The position numbers and the translations under genes are program-made. From Callorhinchus milii (taxonomy: Eukaryota): a stretch of DNA of 64,000 bases. This document shows, piece by piece, positions 14,464-27,244 of this stretch (position 1 is the first letter of the stretch; every line of letters starts with the position of its first letter). The stretch spans positions 66,218,001 through 66,282,000 of the forward strand of contig NW_024704742.1 in the NCBI RefSeq assembly GCF_018977255.1. Direction: 5' to 3'. Below the pieces are notes generated by a model. The model was not told the DNA's origin and ran no database searches. It saw only the letters and a program-made list of their open reading frames with translations.

Positions 14464-16314
14464 CTTCTGCAAGGAGTGAGCAAGTTGGTGGTAGGTTTGC
14501 ATTAGTGCCTGGAACCTGACCAGCTCTTGTTTAACAGCACAGCATCTGAAGTTGCTGAGGAGTTGAAGTGCTGCTTTGTGTAGTGTGGGCTCTTTACATG
14601 CCGACACAAGCATCGCAAATGGCAATCTAGGTCAGTCCAGCCCTGGGGATAATGTTATGGCTACACGGATCTCTGGAATGCGAGCTTGAGTAACATGGGG
14701 CAGCCTCGTTTTTTTCAGACAAAGGCAACACGGCACCAACCAGTAAAAACACAGGAGATCACGTGCGTGAAAGATCACCTAGTTGGAGCTGGAAAAATAA
14801 GAAAAAAAGCAGAGGACAGGAACCAAGGGTTTTAAAATTAATTTTAATCCCTGGAGTTGGTATAGTGACTTATCACGCTGTTGAGACGTCGCAAAGTGCT
14901 TCACAGAATATATTGTACAGTCGTGGATTGAGTGGATTTTTTTTGAGGGATTATTACCCTCGGAAAGCAGTCCGCCAATCAACTAACAACCGGGTTCCTA
15001 CTTATCGCTGGGTAAACAGAGGCATGTGGAGTAAGGGAATTTGCTAAGGTTTCACCCTGCCCAAGATTGGAACCCGGGTCCTTTCGCTTGCAAGGCGAGC
15101 GCGCTAACCATTACGCTACAGGACTCCACGTAGCAGCTTGTAATCAAAGGCTGGAGATCTTCCCTGTGACAAGGAGTCCAGCCAAATACAGCACATCATT
15201 TATAACCACAGACATAACACTCTATAGTCTGACCTCAGTTAAAGTCTATTCATTGTAAATTATCGCTCTCTGGCTATCACCTTTTGTTTTAAAACGAGGT
15301 CAGAATCCTTACACTTGATATAGCACCTTTCACATCAAGAGGTTATATCAAAGCATTTGATACAATACGAAAAAAATGAGTGACTGTATATTTTGTGGGC
15401 TAACGCAGCAGCCAATGTGCGCACAGTAGTGTCCTATAAACAGATATATAACTTACAATTATATAACATCTCTCAGGTCAGGAGGACATCTTGAAGTGCT
15501 AAAACCATAGTGACTGTGTATTTCCCCATCTTTTCTCAGTATCCCATGATACCGTTACCTCTCTAGTAAAAACCACAAAGGGCTCTGCATCTACTGGCTG
15601 TTTGCTGATTTTAACACAGTGCAGCACTCCCCAAGGATGCATTGGAGAGTCATCTGAGACTAGGAGTGCCAGGGTGGGGCTTGAACCCATGATGCTCTGA
15701 CCCTGCACCAACTGCACCAAGCTGCCACCACAGGCACAGTCACTGCCGCAACTCCACAAGTTCAGAGTCAGAGCTTGTCTCATAGTTCCTTTATTTAGTC
15801 CCAAATTCAGTTACACTTTCCTGCCTCATTATTTGAGCTAAAACCTGAAGGCCTGATTGCTGGTAATCGGACCCGCTGTAAATTCACTAATTCACTTGAA
15901 CGAATCTGCCTCAGGGAAGTGAAGTAAGCAGACCTGAGCTACGTTTTGTGTTGCTTTGACTCTGATAAGAGAGAGGAATAAAGCTCCAGTGTTAAGTGGC
16001 GTTCAATTCTAAGGCCTTATTTGGAAGGGCATTTCATCTTTGCGATAAAACCTCAAGTTATAAAACGTGGAGCCAAGAATTTGAAGCAATTAATCAGTTT
16101 CCCCCTTTGTCTCAGTACGTCAATGCTACTTAATACAATGACATTCAAAGCCTGGTAACCAAGCAGGTCTGTAGGAGTTACCCTACCCCCCTCTCTCCAG
16201 CTGCAGTCTAAATTCCTCCAGATAGTTTTGGCTGCTGTGGTGACACAGAAAAGGCAAGGTCTCCATATTAAATATCTGTTAAGTATCTTTTCCTATTATT
16301 TTATTACGAGACTT

Positions 16315-16690
16315 ATGCATGCGTGTGGGTCTGTGTATGTGTGTGTGCATGTGTATGTGTGCATGTGTATGTGTATGTGTTCGCGCATGTATGTTTGTTT
16401 TTGTACGAGAAACATGTGCGTGGGTGTGTTTGTTTGTGTGTGCGTCAAGGCATGTGTTTAAGTGTGTATGTGTGTGCATGAGTGCGCATGTGTGCATGTG
16501 TCTGTGCATATATGTGTGCCTTGGGATGTCCTCCTGATGTGAAAGGCTCTATACAAATGTAATTCATTGTTGTTGTCTATGCGTACGTGCGTGTGAGTGA
16601 GTGTACGCACGTGTGTGTGCATGTGTGTCTGTGCCTGTGCGTATGTCTATGCGAGGGAGTATATGTGTGTCTGTGTATGTGTGTGTTCAT
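16315..16690. repeat. Degenerate (TG)n low-complexity tract split by an L2 tail
   Basis: Directly visible. Confidence 0.9.
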
Positions 16691-17565
16691 GTTCGGGAAG
16701 GGGGGGGAATTAAAGTTACAAGAGCTTTCTTGGCACATAAACGTTTATTAGGAAGTGGAACACATTACCACACATGTTTATTGAACCTGGGTCAATAATA
16801 TCACTTAATAAGGAATGAGATAGGCACTTTTCAGTATGAAGACACAAAAAGGTATGTGACGGGAGGAGCAGAGGATTGGCATTGGAGTAGATAGCCAGTT
16901 GGTTGTCTTTGTGAGATGGGTGACGTGTACAATTCACTTCACGGCAGTTTATGGGACATTGCTGTGCTCAAACTGGCCGCCACATTCCACATTCACCCCC
17001 AAATACACAGTCACTACATTTCACAGTAAAATCCTGTGAAGCGCTTTGAGATGATTTGACAATGTAATAAGGCATGGATTATAATTCTTATTATTATTAA
17101 AACATTTTTGGGGGAGAAAATGCAGCATATATATTAACCAGAGTTGTGAGCCTGGCTCAGTTGGTAGCATTCTTATCTTTGAGTCAAAGGTTGTGGGCTC
17201 AAGCCCCACGTCAGGACTTTGTATGGTACTGTCTAGACTGACACTTCAATGGGTACTAGTGATGTACTGCATTGCCAGAAGTACAGTTCCTCAAATGAGA
17301 TATTAAGCCACATTCCTGTCTGCCTGTTCATGTGGACCTTGAAGATCTAACGACATACCAAAAAAGGGAAGGGTGTTCTGGCCAACAATCCCCCAGATAA
17401 AATTGATCATTCACTTCATGGTTGTCTGTGAGACATTGCTCTGTGCAAATTGGCTGCTGTATTTGTCTACAAAAATAAACAAACACTACACTTTACAGTA
17501 AAATCCTGCGATGCACTTTGAGATGTGCTGCTGCTGGCCTGAAAGGCACTGTATCAAATAATAAA

Positions 17566-17878
17566 AAAATAATAATAATCCTTGCATTTGACATAGTGTT
17601 TTTCATGGCTTCGAGACGACTCAAAGCACTTCACAGAATATACTGTAAAGTGAATTGACTGTATATTTGTGGGCAAAATGCAGTCAATTGCGCACAGCAG
17701 TGTCCCACAAACAATCATGGATTGAAGTGACCAATTTTTTTTATTATTGTGCTTTTTTACTTGAGGGATTATTATCAGGAGTGTGGAGTAAGGAAACTTG
17801 CTCAAGGTTTCGCCCTGCCGGGAAACGAACCCAGGTCTCTTGCTTGCCAGTGCTCTAACCACTGAGTTACAGGACTCC
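17566..17878 (-). mobile_element. Young tRNA SINE copy
   Basis: Reverse complement of the same consensus. Confidence 0.85.
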
Positions 17879-18530
17879 AAGTAAATGCAAGGATTACTTT
17901 TATATTTTGGCATTGCCCCCTCCCTCTGAATTTACAATGTTCCCTTCTGTAGACAGAGGAGTACAAGCCGGCAAGGGGGTACAGGGCAGGAGTTTGTAGC
18001 CAGGCCTGACATCACCCTAAAACCTAACAGATGCCTCTGCTTGACTTTTCACAGGCTGCTACACAACTTGCAAATTTTCTCACTGATTTTTACACCGGCA
18101 TCTATTTTAAGCTTAAACGTGTAATAAAAAGGTCAGGAATTTGAGGCAAAGCTAAGAAAATCGTTCCCAGTTCCCGCTTGCTGAAATGTGCAGTGCCTAT
18201 TTTTGTCTGGAGCTCTGTACACTTACCCAACTCTGTGAATTATCAAAGACTTAACATCTCTGAATCCGCTGGTCGGTCAGTACGAAAGTGCTCACATTTT
18301 TGGCTGCGACTTGAAGCACATGCTGCGAAGGGAAGGAGAAAGACAGATGTTTAGGCTGCACTGCTTGCAACAGATGTTTATTCTGTAATACTTGGGGCAG
18401 ATGTCTGTTCTTCAGTTTTCTCAGTCCAGCTCAGATGATAGCATTCTGCATGGAATCCAGCTCTAGAGAAGCTGAAGTTTATAGGGCTTATAGATGGGAC
18501 GACAGTGTAAATAATGATTAACAATGGTGT

Positions 18531-18976
18531 CAACCTGGTTCAGTCAGCAGGACTCTCACTGCTGGGTCTGAAGGTTGTGGGTTCAAGCCCCACATCGGGA
18601 CCTAGAATCACATAGTCAAAGCTGACACTCCAATGCAGTGCTGGGGGCTGTTGCATTGTCGGAGGTGCCGTCCTTTGAATGAGACATTAAACCGAGCTGT
18701 CTGTCTGTTCCGGTAGACATTAAAGAACCTGTGACACTGTTCACAAAGAGAAGGGAGTTTCACTCGATAACCTGGCCAACAATCCCCAAAATAAACTTGA
18801 TCATTTACTCAATAGCTTTTTATCGGGGTAGGTGGGGTGGGGGGAACATAGCTGTATGCAAATTGGCTGCCATGTTGGCCTACAAAATTTACTTTACAGT
18901 AAAATGATTTGAAGTGCTTTGAGACGACTTCCTGACATGAAATGCGCTGTGTTCAAATGTAAGTATTAGTATTATT
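18531..18976 (+). mobile_element. Older SacSINE1-like Deu-SINE
   Basis: ggttgtgggttcaagccccac..gctgacact..ggaggtgccgtc..gagacattaaaccgag..aaattggctgcc; related copies at ~1470-1924, 17150-17560, 22268-22995, 54075-54415. Confidence 0.75.
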
Positions 18977-19569
18977 TAGCTTCTGAGGCATTCACCAGTG
19001 TCAGATTGTCATTGGAGAGGAGGGAGGCTGGGTTTTTCTATTGACTTTCTCAAGGCAATGACTAATTCTGCGGCTTTGATCTAAACACAGCATAGGGTTT
19101 CCAAATGATTTCTGGCACTTCATAAAAGTATAACGGGGGTGTACCAAGAGGGGGGGCTACAACTGTCACCCTTCACTTTCTATGTTGATTGTTGGCCAGG
19201 TCATCATGAGAAAATAGCAATGTTTCTCCCACAAAATATACAGTCAATTCACCTTACAGTATACTCTGTGAAGCGCTTTGAGACGTCTTGAAGATGTGAT
19301 GAGGCGCTATATCAAATGCAGGGATTATTATTATTATAATGTGCAGTTAACAAATCCTGATAATCCCCAAGTCAGAAGGTTCTGTACTCACACTTTCGCA
19401 TTTCACTTCGCGAGGATGTCTCAAAGTGCTTCAGGGGACTTCCTGTAAAGTCTGTGACCAGGGCGGACTGGCTAAATGAGAAATGTGCCCCTTAGGATTG
19501 GCTCCCGAAACTTACCACCCCAAAGCCTGACATCCAGGCTCAGACCAGCCCATCATCACCACAGCCCTC

Positions 19570-19935
19570 CTGTTCCTCAATCACTCCCTCTCCACCTCTT
19601 CCTCCATTTCCCGGTTTCTCTTTCTTCCACTATCCTCATGCTCCCTCTCTCTCTATCACTCTCTCCCTCCTCTCTCTCTCCCTTCTTTTTCTCTGTCTTC
19701 CCCGCTCCCTTGTGCTCTCACTCTCTCTCAATCATTCTTCCCTCTCTTTCAATCACCCTCTATCCCCTCCCTCTCTCCCTCCTTTTCTGTGTCCCTTTCT
19801 CCCCCTCTCCTCCTCTCCCTCGCTTTCCCTGTTTCTCTGTCTTCCCCTGTCCCTCATGCTCTCTCCCTCTCTCTCTCTCAATCACAACGTCTCTCTCCAT
19901 TGCTTTCTCTGTTTCTCTATCATCTCCCCTCTCCC
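19570..19935. repeat. CT-rich polypyrimidine low-complexity tract
   Basis: Directly visible. Confidence 0.9.
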
Positions 19936-22900
19936 TGAATTAAGAAAGGCAAGGCAATGTGCTGCTAAATTGAATTCAACTGCTTGACGGGGTGACACTG
20001 CAAGACGAAAGGAATTCAAGGCTGTGAAACAGTCAGGATAGATGATTAATAGTTTCTTGCCGGTGAAGCTCAAGAAAGGCAAAGAGTGTTGACAGCAGCA
20101 AAGAATCGAATAATACATAAACGCAGCAGAAATGTACAACTTAGACACTAAATACACTGGTGTGTGGAGTGAAGTCAGCCTCTCCGAGCTCCTCAATAAT
20201 GCTGACAAAGTCTGACACGTTTAGTTAAGCCGAGGGTCCTCAGCAGTCAATCTGAGCCTCTGTTGACACAGAAACCCATAATTATATTTCCCAGCTCCCT
20301 GACTCGGAGCGTTGCTGGGCGACCCAAATTTTTTAAACGAACAATGTGGAGTTTTTCATTTTCAGAGCAAATGTTGGAACGAGGAGGTCAAACAGGTCCG
20401 ACAGATAGTAAAATAATAATACTCACATTTAGTACAGCTTCATGAACGTCTCAAAGTGCTTTGCAAAGTTGCTGTCAAACCCAACGGTGCGTTTCACCCA
20501 CAAAATATACAGTCAATTCACTTTACAGTCTATTCTGCGAAGCGCTTTGAGACATCTAGAAGATGTGAAAAAGCGCTCTATCAAATGCAAGAATTATTAT
20601 TATTATTATTCTGTATTTGCGATTGAAGGCGGTAAGCAGTTTGCTCTCTGCAAATCTCCTGCATACATCTCCTGCAGTTGTTAGTCGATTGGCGAATCAC
20701 TTTTCGGGGATAATAATCCCTTTTTTAAAAAAACTTGGTCACTCAATCCACGACTGTTTGTGGGACTCTGCTGTGTGCAATTAAAGTTGCGTTTTGCCCA
20801 CAAATTATACAGTCAATGCAGTTTACAGTATATTCTGTGAAGCGCTTTGAGTCGTCTCATCGACATAATAAGGCGCTATACAAATGCAAGTATTATTCTA
20901 CATTATTATATTGTCGGCCAGGACACCGAGAGAAACTTGCTTCTCATTTCAGAACAGAATTGTTATTATCCATCTGAACAGACACGGACGGGGATCTTGG
21001 TTTGACTTTTCCTCCAAAAGGACGGCACCTCAAAACCATGCAGCGATCCCCACCAGACAAGCACTGAGATGTCAGCCTAGACCGTGAGCTGAAGGCAGAG
21101 TAATAGAGTGAGAGTGATTTCTCGATCATTCCCTAACTCAATATGATATTTACACAAGAGCAGAAATGTCCCGCTCCAGGACAATTTGCAGTAACCATTT
21201 CTACAGTGAAAACAAAAAGTCATAACTCAATATGCCGATTATGAGTTTCCTTTAAATAAAATACAATCATTCAAAAGCCCCCCAAAACTTTTTTTTTTGC
21301 AAAGGAAGCACCTGGTACAGATTTACCGTCCATTAGGTTCATTCCAGTTCTTTGCTGGTTAATTCAGTGACCACAGACTGCAGTAAATCCAGTTTAATAA
21401 CAATTTGGCCGAGCTCCACGTGTAATTTAACATAATGGAATGTGTAACAACTTTCCAAGAGTTTCACTAATGGAATTTGTTATAAATGGAGAATTTATGA
21501 AAACAACAATGAGTATTTACTGAGATATATTTGGGTAACAGTCAGACTGACAGACTCCAAGCACCCCGTATAAATGCACAATTATGTGTATTTAGGGCCT
21601 GCAGTGAACAAGGAGAGGTTAATGGCATGCATTAATGATCCTGATCGGCAGGGAAAGGCTTACACGTTGACAAGTGCCAACCATACCTCACGAATGAATA
21701 AGCAGTTATGTAGCACAAAAGATCACCAGTTGTGTGTGCACTACCTGACAGAGACATGAGTGAACGTGGCAACCACAGAGCATGTTTTTTCATTTATATT
21801 TGTCAACAGGCTTTCCTACAGGAGAACATGAGGTCCTTGGGGGGCGAAACTTGCCGGGCTTCGTATTGAGTGACATGTGGTCACATGTACACAGTGCCGT
21901 GATGTTTCATAATCGGTATCTGGTGGATTTCTTTTTGGTCAGACGGGCGGGTGTCTGACACATGTAGAAATCCATCACTGTGTTTCAGAGTATCTAACCA
22001 AACTGAGATTTCCATCCGTCCCACCCACACATGGAAATCCCAGAGATGGATTGTTGGGGTGGAATGTGACTCTCCCTGGAGGGACACATCCTGTTTACCT
22101 AATTCCGGAAAGCATTAGGCACAGGGTGGCCGGAGCCAAGGTTTGGGGACCCCAGAGTGTGTGTCGGGGTAACTGCTGGAGTCTAACCAGCTAAAACCAC
22201 AAGCCTGCCATTGAGAGCATGTCACCTAATGGGATTGTGAGCTCGCAGTCCAGATAGGTTCAGGTGTCAGCCTCGCTCAGTCAGTAGCTGTCTCGCCTCT
22301 GAGGCAGAAGGTTGTGGGTTCAAGGCCTACGCCGGGATTTTGAACTCATCGTGATCTCGGCTAACATTGCAGTGCAGTGCTGAGAGCTGGAACATTTGCA
22401 CTGGAACGCAAATGTTGTAAGTGTTATCACTTCAGGCACTTTTTACCACTGGTTTAGTGGTTAGTGGTTTAGTGATTCCAGCAGTATTAATTTTAAAGAA
22501 TTCAATAACACAGCTGCTAGTTAATAGCAACAAAAATAGTATTTATGTTAAAATCCATTTCTATTAAAAATTCTTAATATGTATAAAGATAATAATCAGG
22601 ACTTGCTGTAGCAGGATGAATTGACACCAATTTTAAAAGGTTTCCAACTGTAGGTTTGCTTTCTTCATTTCATATCTGGGTCAGAATGCTTGGCACTTTA
22701 GACTACATCACTGCAAGTTGTTGAGGGTGCAATGCATTGTCAGAGATGCCATCTTTCAGACGAGACATTAAGGTCCTGTCTGACTGTTTAAGTGGACGTC
22801 AAAGATCCCATAGCACGATTCTATAAGAGAAGGGTGTTACTCTTGGTGTCCTGGGCAACAATCAACCCCTTGATAAAATTGATCACCCACCTCACGGCTG

Positions 22901-24192
22901 TTTGCGGAACCTCAATGTGAACATGCAGGGTTTGCCTAAAGAACGGTCACTACTTTGACAATAATTACTTGTGGCCTGAGATGTGACAAGCCCCAATGAA
23001 GTTTTGCAAGCCCTTTCTTTTAAAAGATTGTATTTATTTTGTTGCACAGATTCAACACCGAATCTGTCTCTGTCTGGCAGGACTTTCAGATGGAAATCTG
23101 TAATTTCAAACTGACTGCTTCAGTTTATTGCGAGCTTTATTGCTTGTAGCTATATAGAGACTGAAAGTATCTGGCTTTGCTTTTTTTAAAGTGGGAAAAA
23201 TTAGGGTTTATAGACATGGGAAAGACAAGATAGATGGAAATACAAGGAATGCAATTTAACGGATTAAATCACATTTCCTTTCAACTTGAACCCTTAATTA
23301 ACTTTCATTATTACCAGCTACATGGAGTTCTTTTCAATACCTGTGTGGCTAGCACTTTCTATGCTGTTTTTATTGCCTTTACTGGATCCCAAAAACAAAT
23401 ACAGTCAAGGAGAAAAATAAATGCTGTACTACAGCGCCAGCTAGTGGGTAAATAGCAGTTGGATCCTACTTGAATAATAATGATCCACTTGAGACAAAAA
23501 GCTAAGGCATATGAGAAATAATAATAATAAGGATTATTATAAAAATAATAATCCTTGCTGGATAATAATTTATTAATAATCATAATAATTTGATATAGCG
23601 CCTTTCACATCATCAAAACGTCAAAATCAAAACGAGTACAGGTGAGGGGAATAGGAGGAATGGGTGTTTGTGTGGCTGAATGGCCTGTTTCCGTGCCATA
23701 TCACTCTATGCAATCCGCTATACTTCGCTGCCTGTATCCTTACCCATACCAAACTTCGCACTCCATCACCCCAGTCCTTGTCAGACTCCATTGGCTCCCT
23801 ATTGCAGAACAAATTGATTTCAAGATCCTTCCAATCAGTACAAATCACTTTATGCCTGGCACCTCCCTCCATATCTCTTCAACCTGCTTACAACCCACTC
23901 CTCTGCTCACCCCCTTCGCTTAGCTGACTCCGGCCTCGTGAAAATCCCTTGTCCCCTCCTCTCCTTTATTGGCGGCTGTGCCTTCAGCCACTATACTCAA
24001 GCCTCTGGAACTCTCTCCCTCAATTCCTCCGCTTTGCCCTCTCCTTGCTCATCTTGAGATCACATCTGAAGACCTTCTTCTTTGACCATGACTAGTCATG
24101 TCCTCTTTCTGTCTGGCTTGGAGTCGAGCTCTAATTTGCATTAAGGGCACTCTATGGAGTCCTGTAGCTCAGTGGTTAGAGCACTCACCTCA

Positions 24193-24860
24193 CAACAACA
24201 ACAACAAAATTACATTTGCAAAGCGCCTTTCACATCTGGAGGACATCCCAAGGCGCTGGACAGACAGAGTTATGGACCCGAGCTGAGAGTCGGGGTGGGG
24301 GAGCGGGGAGGGTAAGGGGGGAAGCAGGGAGATCGAAAGCACGGTTGAAGAGGAGGGTCTTGACGTGGGTCTTCAAGGTGGCGAGGGAGGGGGCGAGACG
24401 GAGGAACTACGGGATTGAGTTCCAGAGGGTGGGTGCAGAGTGGCGGAAGGCCCGCCCGCTGATAGTGGGGAGAGCAAGGCAGGGGACGTGAAGCAGGCCG
24501 GAGCCCACTGAGCGGAGGAAGCAAACAGGGTGGTAAAGGGTTAGGCGGTCAGAGAGGTAGAGGGGAGCAAGACCATGGAGGGCTTTGAAGGTGAGGACCA
24601 GGATCTTGAACTGTATCCTCTGTGCGATGGGAAGCCAGTGGAGTCGGGCGAGGATGGGGGTGATAGGATCACGGAGTCTGGTGCAGGAGAGGACACGGGC
24701 TGCAGAGTTCTGGATGATCTGCAGCCAATGGAGGGAGGAGTTGGGGAGACCGACAAGCAGTGAGTTTGCATAGTCGAGCCTCGATGTAATGAAGGCGTGT
24801 ATGAGGGTTTCGGTGGCCTGGAGTTTGAGACAGTGTTGGAGCCAGGCGACGTTATGAAGT
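24193..24860 (-). mobile_element. L2 3' fragment
   Basis: ORF 24407-24922: ETLIHAFITSRLDYANSLL..LHWLPIAQRIQFK; (TTG)n tail. Confidence 0.9.
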
Positions 24861-25659
24861 TCGGGGAAGGCAGAGTGGGTCATGGCATAGATGTGGGTAA
24901 AAAGGATAGGTCTTGTTGACATTCAACTGAAGAAAGTTAGCTCTCATCCAGGACAAGCGAGAGACCTGGGTTCAGTTCCCAGCAGGGAGATATGTTGTCC
25001 AAGTTTCCTTACTCCACATGCCTCTGTTTGTCTGGCAGTAAGTAAGAACCCAGTTGTTAGTCGATTGATGGATCACTTTTCAGGGGATAGTAATTCCTTC
25101 AAAAAAATAAATTGGTCACTTCAATCCACACTGGGACACTGCTTTGCGCAATTGACTACTGCGTTTCGCCCACAAGATATACAGTCAATTCAATATTACA
25201 GTATATTCTGTGAAGCGCTTTGAGACGTCTAGAAGATGTGATAAGGCGCTATATCAAATGTAAGGATTATTATTTTTATTATATCACACTTTGAATTGTT
25301 GTATTTCATATAGCAACTATAATGTCAAAATATCTCAAGGTGCTACACAGTGAATTACTGCCAAGCATAGTGAGTATGTATTTGTAGGCCAAAATGTTGT
25401 AAGAGTGTGATAACTTCAGGTACTTTTTAACCACTTTCAGGTTTAGTGATTCCAGTAGTATTAAGTGTAAAGAATTCAATAACACAGCTGCGAGTTACAA
25501 GCAACAAAGGTAGTAGTTGTGCTAAAATCCATTTCTATTAGAAATTCTTAATATGTATAAAGATAACAATCAGTACTTTCTGCAGCAAAATGAATTGACA
25601 CCAATTTTAAACGTTCATTTCATATCAGGGTCAGAATGTTTGGCACTTTAGGCGACAGA

Positions 25660-25693
25660 GGCCGCCACCTCGTGGCTAAAATCGGAACTTGCA
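25660..25693 (-). promoter_or_regulatory. CTCF binding motif with upstream (U) motif
   Basis: Minus strand TGCAAGTTCC-gatttta-GCCACGAGGTGGCGGCC. Confidence 0.65.
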
Positions 25694-26454
25694 CAACTAA
25701 GTCATTACGCGCAACTTTCACCTTGGGTTGGATACTCTTAAGCACGGTGACGGGTGTCCTTAGCACCCTGTGGCATCACTGAAATGTCTCAAAGCTCTTA
25801 ACAGGATTTCTTGTAAAGTGTAATGACTGTATTTATAATATCATGGGAACCGTGTATATGTAGGTTTAAGGTTGTGAAGGGTAATTGCAGGACAGACACT
25901 AGGAAGTACTTGTTATTTTTTAACACACAGAAGGTAATTGACATCTAAGACATGCTACCAGGAAGAGTAGTTGAGGTCAGGACACTCAACTCATTTAAGA
26001 AACAGCTTGATATTGCAATGGGAAAACAGTAAGTAGAGGATTCTGATCTGCAGAATGAGTATTCTGGGATGCATAGTTCTTAGATGGTCTGGAGTTTGTA
26101 GAGGGTACAACTGAGGCCATCGAGCAGAGTATTGAAATAATTGGCAATTGCTTTCCATGGGTAATAATTCCTTCCAAAAAAAAAAAAAATGGTCACTCAA
26201 TCCACCACTGTTTGTGGGACACTGCTGTGCACAATTGGCTACCACGTTTCACCCACAAACTAGTCACTACACTACACTTTACAGTATATTCTGTGAAACG
26301 CTTTTAGAGATCTCAACGACATGATAAAGCACTATATCAAATGCAAGAATTATTATTGACACTGGAAGTCACAAAAGCGTGGGTGACGGTTTGGGCTGTG
26401 GGGATAGATGAGAACTGCATCGAAGTAGCCTGCAGAAATCTTGGTGGCCACACA

Positions 26455-27031
26455 ATCCTGAGCTTCCGGTTTCTTGCCACATTAACTCGCACTCTGACCT
26501 CCCCATCCACGGTCTCCTATGCTGTTTCAATGAGCCACAACTCAAGCTCAAGGAACACAGCACCTCAATTATATCCGCCAGGAACCTTACAGCCCTCGGA
26601 CCTCAATATTGATTTCAACAATTTCAGACGATAACAGCTCACCTTCCCCCTCTCCCTCTTCTGTGTCCATTACCATGTTGTCTGGGTCCCAGACATACCT
26701 TTTCTCTCTCTGGTCTGCCTATTTGGATGCAATTCCCCACCCTTTGTTTTGCATTATTAACACCTCTATTCCCTGTTTTGTTGCAATCCTCCCCCTTTAT
26801 TTTGCATCATTGACATCTCTTTAACCCATCATCCTGTGTCTTCTACCCCATTTTCTCCTTTGTCTTCCTTGTCCTGCTTCCCCCCTCTCTGTTAAAGTCC
26901 TTAAAAGCCTCTCCCTCCCAACATGCCCTAGTTCTGACGAAGGGTCGTGGACCCGAAACGTTGACTCACTTTCCTTTCTCCATAGATACTGCCTGACCTG
27001 CTGAGTGTTCCCAGCGACTTCTGTTCTTGTA
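26455..27031 (+). mobile_element. Penelope-like element 3' remnant (GIY-YIG C-terminus + pLTR)
   Basis: Degenerate ..GTLQPSDLNIDFNNFR, pyrimidine-rich tail, hammerhead motif; homologous to 57498-58110. Confidence 0.8.
26930..26966 (+). ncRNA. Minimal type I hammerhead ribozyme (Penelope-associated)
   Basis: AGUU-CUGACGA-A-GGGUC(GUG)GACCC-GAA-ACGU-U^GACU: core boxes, stem II, palindromic stem III and stem I all present. Confidence 0.75.
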
Positions 27032-27244
27032 TCACCATTCAAGTTTGAACAGACAAAAATTGAGGGTTCTTTTAATATAAGTAAAGGTCGTTTATTTCAG
27101 TCCTTCCTGCCTAGTATGTAATCATGTTTCTAAGTTTAACTGTGGAAGCGAAGGGCTGTCAAAACGAAGCGGAGATGTTAATGAAGTGGTCCTTGCTGGA
27201 CAACAGTAGGAAGCTTTCCAGACAGTGCTGTCAATAGCAAGTTA

